From assembly GCF_006345805.1 (NCBI RefSeq), contig NW_021823798.1, positions 1 to 23,264 of the forward strand: DNA of 23,264 bases, written 5' to 3'. Of this stretch, positions 20,957-23,264 are shown piece after piece. A program made the translations under genes and the position numbers. This DNA is from Octopus sinensis (Eukaryota). The notes beneath the pieces were generated by a model that was given only the letters and a program-made list of their open reading frames with translations, ran no database searches and was not told the DNA's origin. Position 1 is the first letter of the stretch, and the number at the start of each line of letters is the position of its first letter.

Positions 20957-21350
20957 CTAGCAGTATCGCCCGGCGTTGCTCGAGTTTGTTTCGACCCTTT
21001 AGAATTGGAATTTTTTAAAGGTAAACATTGTGCATTATGTAGCTTGTTATTCTCTTTAACTGAACATTTTTCTGGTTGAAATACACCGAAAAATGGTGAC
21101 ACAGCTGTCAAAAAATCCTAAAAAATAGGGATTTTCCTAGAAAAAAAAAGCATCATTTTGATGTAAATAATTTTTGGTGTTAACATGGTCCGATTTGAAT
21201 TTTATCTTCTTCGGAATGAAGAGCAAGCCTTCTTCTATCATGCTCTCAATTTTGGTGAACTTGCGCCGCAGGGTCCCGGAGGAGATAGTGTTAGTTGAAG
21301 GCTACCAAACCTGCCATACACAGACAACTTCAGCTTTATATATATATAGA
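20957..21350 (-). mobile_element. Non-autonomous Helitron (394 bp), same termini as 15839-16232 but different interior
   Basis: Minus strand A|TCTATATATATATAAAGCTGAAGTTGTCTGTGT ... CTCGAGCAACGCCGGGCGATACTGCTAG|T. Confidence 0.85.
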
Positions 21351-21846
21351 TAATGATAATTTGCTAACTCCAAAATTTAAATTTATAAATTGGGGGCAAA
21401 ATTGAAATAGGTAAGGTCAGTAAAATATTTTCGATTCTATCACATTTTTACATTTAGCTCGTCACTTTCTGTACATTACTGAATAATTGCTTATCATTAT
21501 CAAATAGCTCGGTAGTATATATAATGAGCAATTTTGAAAATTAAGAAAATGGGATATAGTAGAGTTGTATCCTTCAATTTCAACATCGAAAACAAAAATA
21601 TTAGAAATCTGTAGAGATATCATCCAATCAATAAATAATTAAGGCATTAACATTATTTTGCTTGTGAGGAATTCTTTGCTATTTTACAATAATTCTGTCT
21701 TAATTTGAAATATTTTGATGCAGTGATGGGATCGTATGATGGAAACGAGGCTTCTGAATTGATTGTTATTGTACAAACATGAACTATGTTAATATAAATT
21801 CTGACTACTCTCCAATAATCTTTAAAACTATGTTAGTAGAGAGATG

Positions 21847-22255
21847 AAGGCGACGAGCTGGCAGAAACGTTAGCACGCCGGGCGAAATGAGTAGCCGTAT
21901 TTCGTCTGCCGTTACGTTCTGAGTTCAAATTCCGCCGAGGTCAACTTTGCCCTTCATCCTTTCGAGGTCGATAAATTAAGTACCAGTTACGCACTGGGGG
22001 CGATGTAATCGACTTAATATCTTTGTCTGTCCTTGTTTGTCCACTCTATTTTTCGCCCCTTGTGGGTAGTAAAGAAATAGGTATTTCGTCCGCCGCTGCG
22101 TTCTGAGTTCAAATTCCGTCGAGGTCGACTTTGCCTTTCAACCTTTCAAGGTCGATAAATTAAGTACCAGTTACGCACTGGGGTCGATGTAATCCGTTTG
22201 TCTGTCCTTGTTTGTCCCCTCTATGTTTAACCCCTCGTGGGTAATAAAAGAAATA
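21847..22255 (+). mobile_element. SINE family A dimer: full copy (21847-22079) plus headless copy (22080-22255), both tail type 1
   Basis: B box, central domain and the TGTGGGTA.TAAA.GAAATA-type tail are each present twice. The junction reads AAAGAAATA|GGTATTTCGTC. Confidence 0.92.
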
Positions 22256-22349
22256 AGAAACTGGTTTGTTTACTGAGTAGTGGAGCAGAGTGCGACTTAG
22301 ATGTGGTTTATTTACAATGGTGGTGGTGGTGGTGGTGGTGGTAGGGGGT

Positions 22350-23264
22350 GTTATTGTAGTTATCGTTTAATCCTCGGATTCGCTCGGATCCAGGCGAACC
22401 ATGATTTAAAATGTTCCACTTATGACCATACTACCATATATTCAAATATAGTATATTCGTACAGTATTTTTTAAAATATCGATTTAGCTGCTATTTCCAG
22501 CTCTTCAAGCGACCACTTGAAAGCTCAGTTGTATTTGTTGCTTTGTTGTGTTTGTCGTTGTTGCTGCTGTTATTGTTGTTGTTGTTAAGCAAGAAGACGA
22601 GTAAGGGTGATTAAGTGATGGTCTAGGGCTTAGGGGCGGGAGAACCCAGACCTTGGAAAAAAATCTTTGGTTATCTTGTTGTAGTCGAGGGCTCTTCGTT
22701 GACGCCCGACACCACTGGGAGGTGGCCCTCGAAGTCGCTGGAAATGGAAATCTCCAGGTCCAAATTCTTGAACGGCTGCTGCTGTTATTGCTTCTGCTTG
22801 TGTTGTTGTCTTTGGTTTCTAGGTGTTACCGTTTAAGTAGATTTACAATGAAGGGGATTCTAAACATGACCATCCAGTCTTTTTAGGTGTGCGTATGATT
22901 ACATTAATCAGTATATCACTTCATTTACTAAGGTGGCAGTGACTAATTTGTAGGACATTTATCTGCTATTACCAGCTCATCGAGTGACCACATAAAGGCA
23001 CGTCTGTTAGCCTGTATTGTGTCATTTATGTGACAGACTGCTTATCGTAAAAATGAAGATGTTGTTATTGTTGTAGTTGTTGGTGCTGTTGTTGTTATTG
23101 TTTTTGTTGTATTGTTTTTGCTGTTTGGTAATGAGTGCCTTGATCGACCAATCTTCTAATCAAACGACGTAGAAGTCTTAATCACTGTGTTCGATATTTT
23201 CAGGCATAGTGTCCCTAGCGCAACATTATATAATATATCCTTTCTCTTTCAATACAATGGGATA
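22350..23264 (-). mobile_element. Cluster of three diverged family D copies (about 22350-22527, 22795-23005, 23110-23264), each with a (GTT)n tail on +
   Basis: GATTTAGCTGCTATTTCCAGCTC..CAAGCGACCAC (22481-22516) and ATTTATCTGCTATTACCAGCTCATCGAGTGACCAC (22957-22991); ATGACCAT in both; (GTT)n at the left of each copy. Confidence 0.6.

Overview
AT-rich, microsatellite-dense eukaryotic (animal) non-coding DNA with no intact protein-coding gene. The repeat families resemble those I recall from Octopus/cephalopod genomes (inference, not verified by search). Content: two decayed LINE 3' fragments (RTE-like at 33-403; R4/Dong-like with RLE endonuclease at 8372-9555), about 25 SINE or SINE-like copies in at least four families (some dimeric, tandem, split or with swapped tails), two non-autonomous Helitrons with canonical ends plus an extra Helitron-like 5' end, piggyBac-like and foldback MITE remnants, and many simple repeats that generate most of the supplied ORFs. 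Less obvious signals: minimal hammerhead-ribozyme-like motifs in short cassettes embedded in (TA)n tracts (Penelope/retrozyme-like), a conserved SINE-into-SINE junction suggesting site-specific self-targeting, a candidate partner-LINE tail, a 16-nt candidate microexon, a partial HDV-like fold and an old ~78-bp tandem array.
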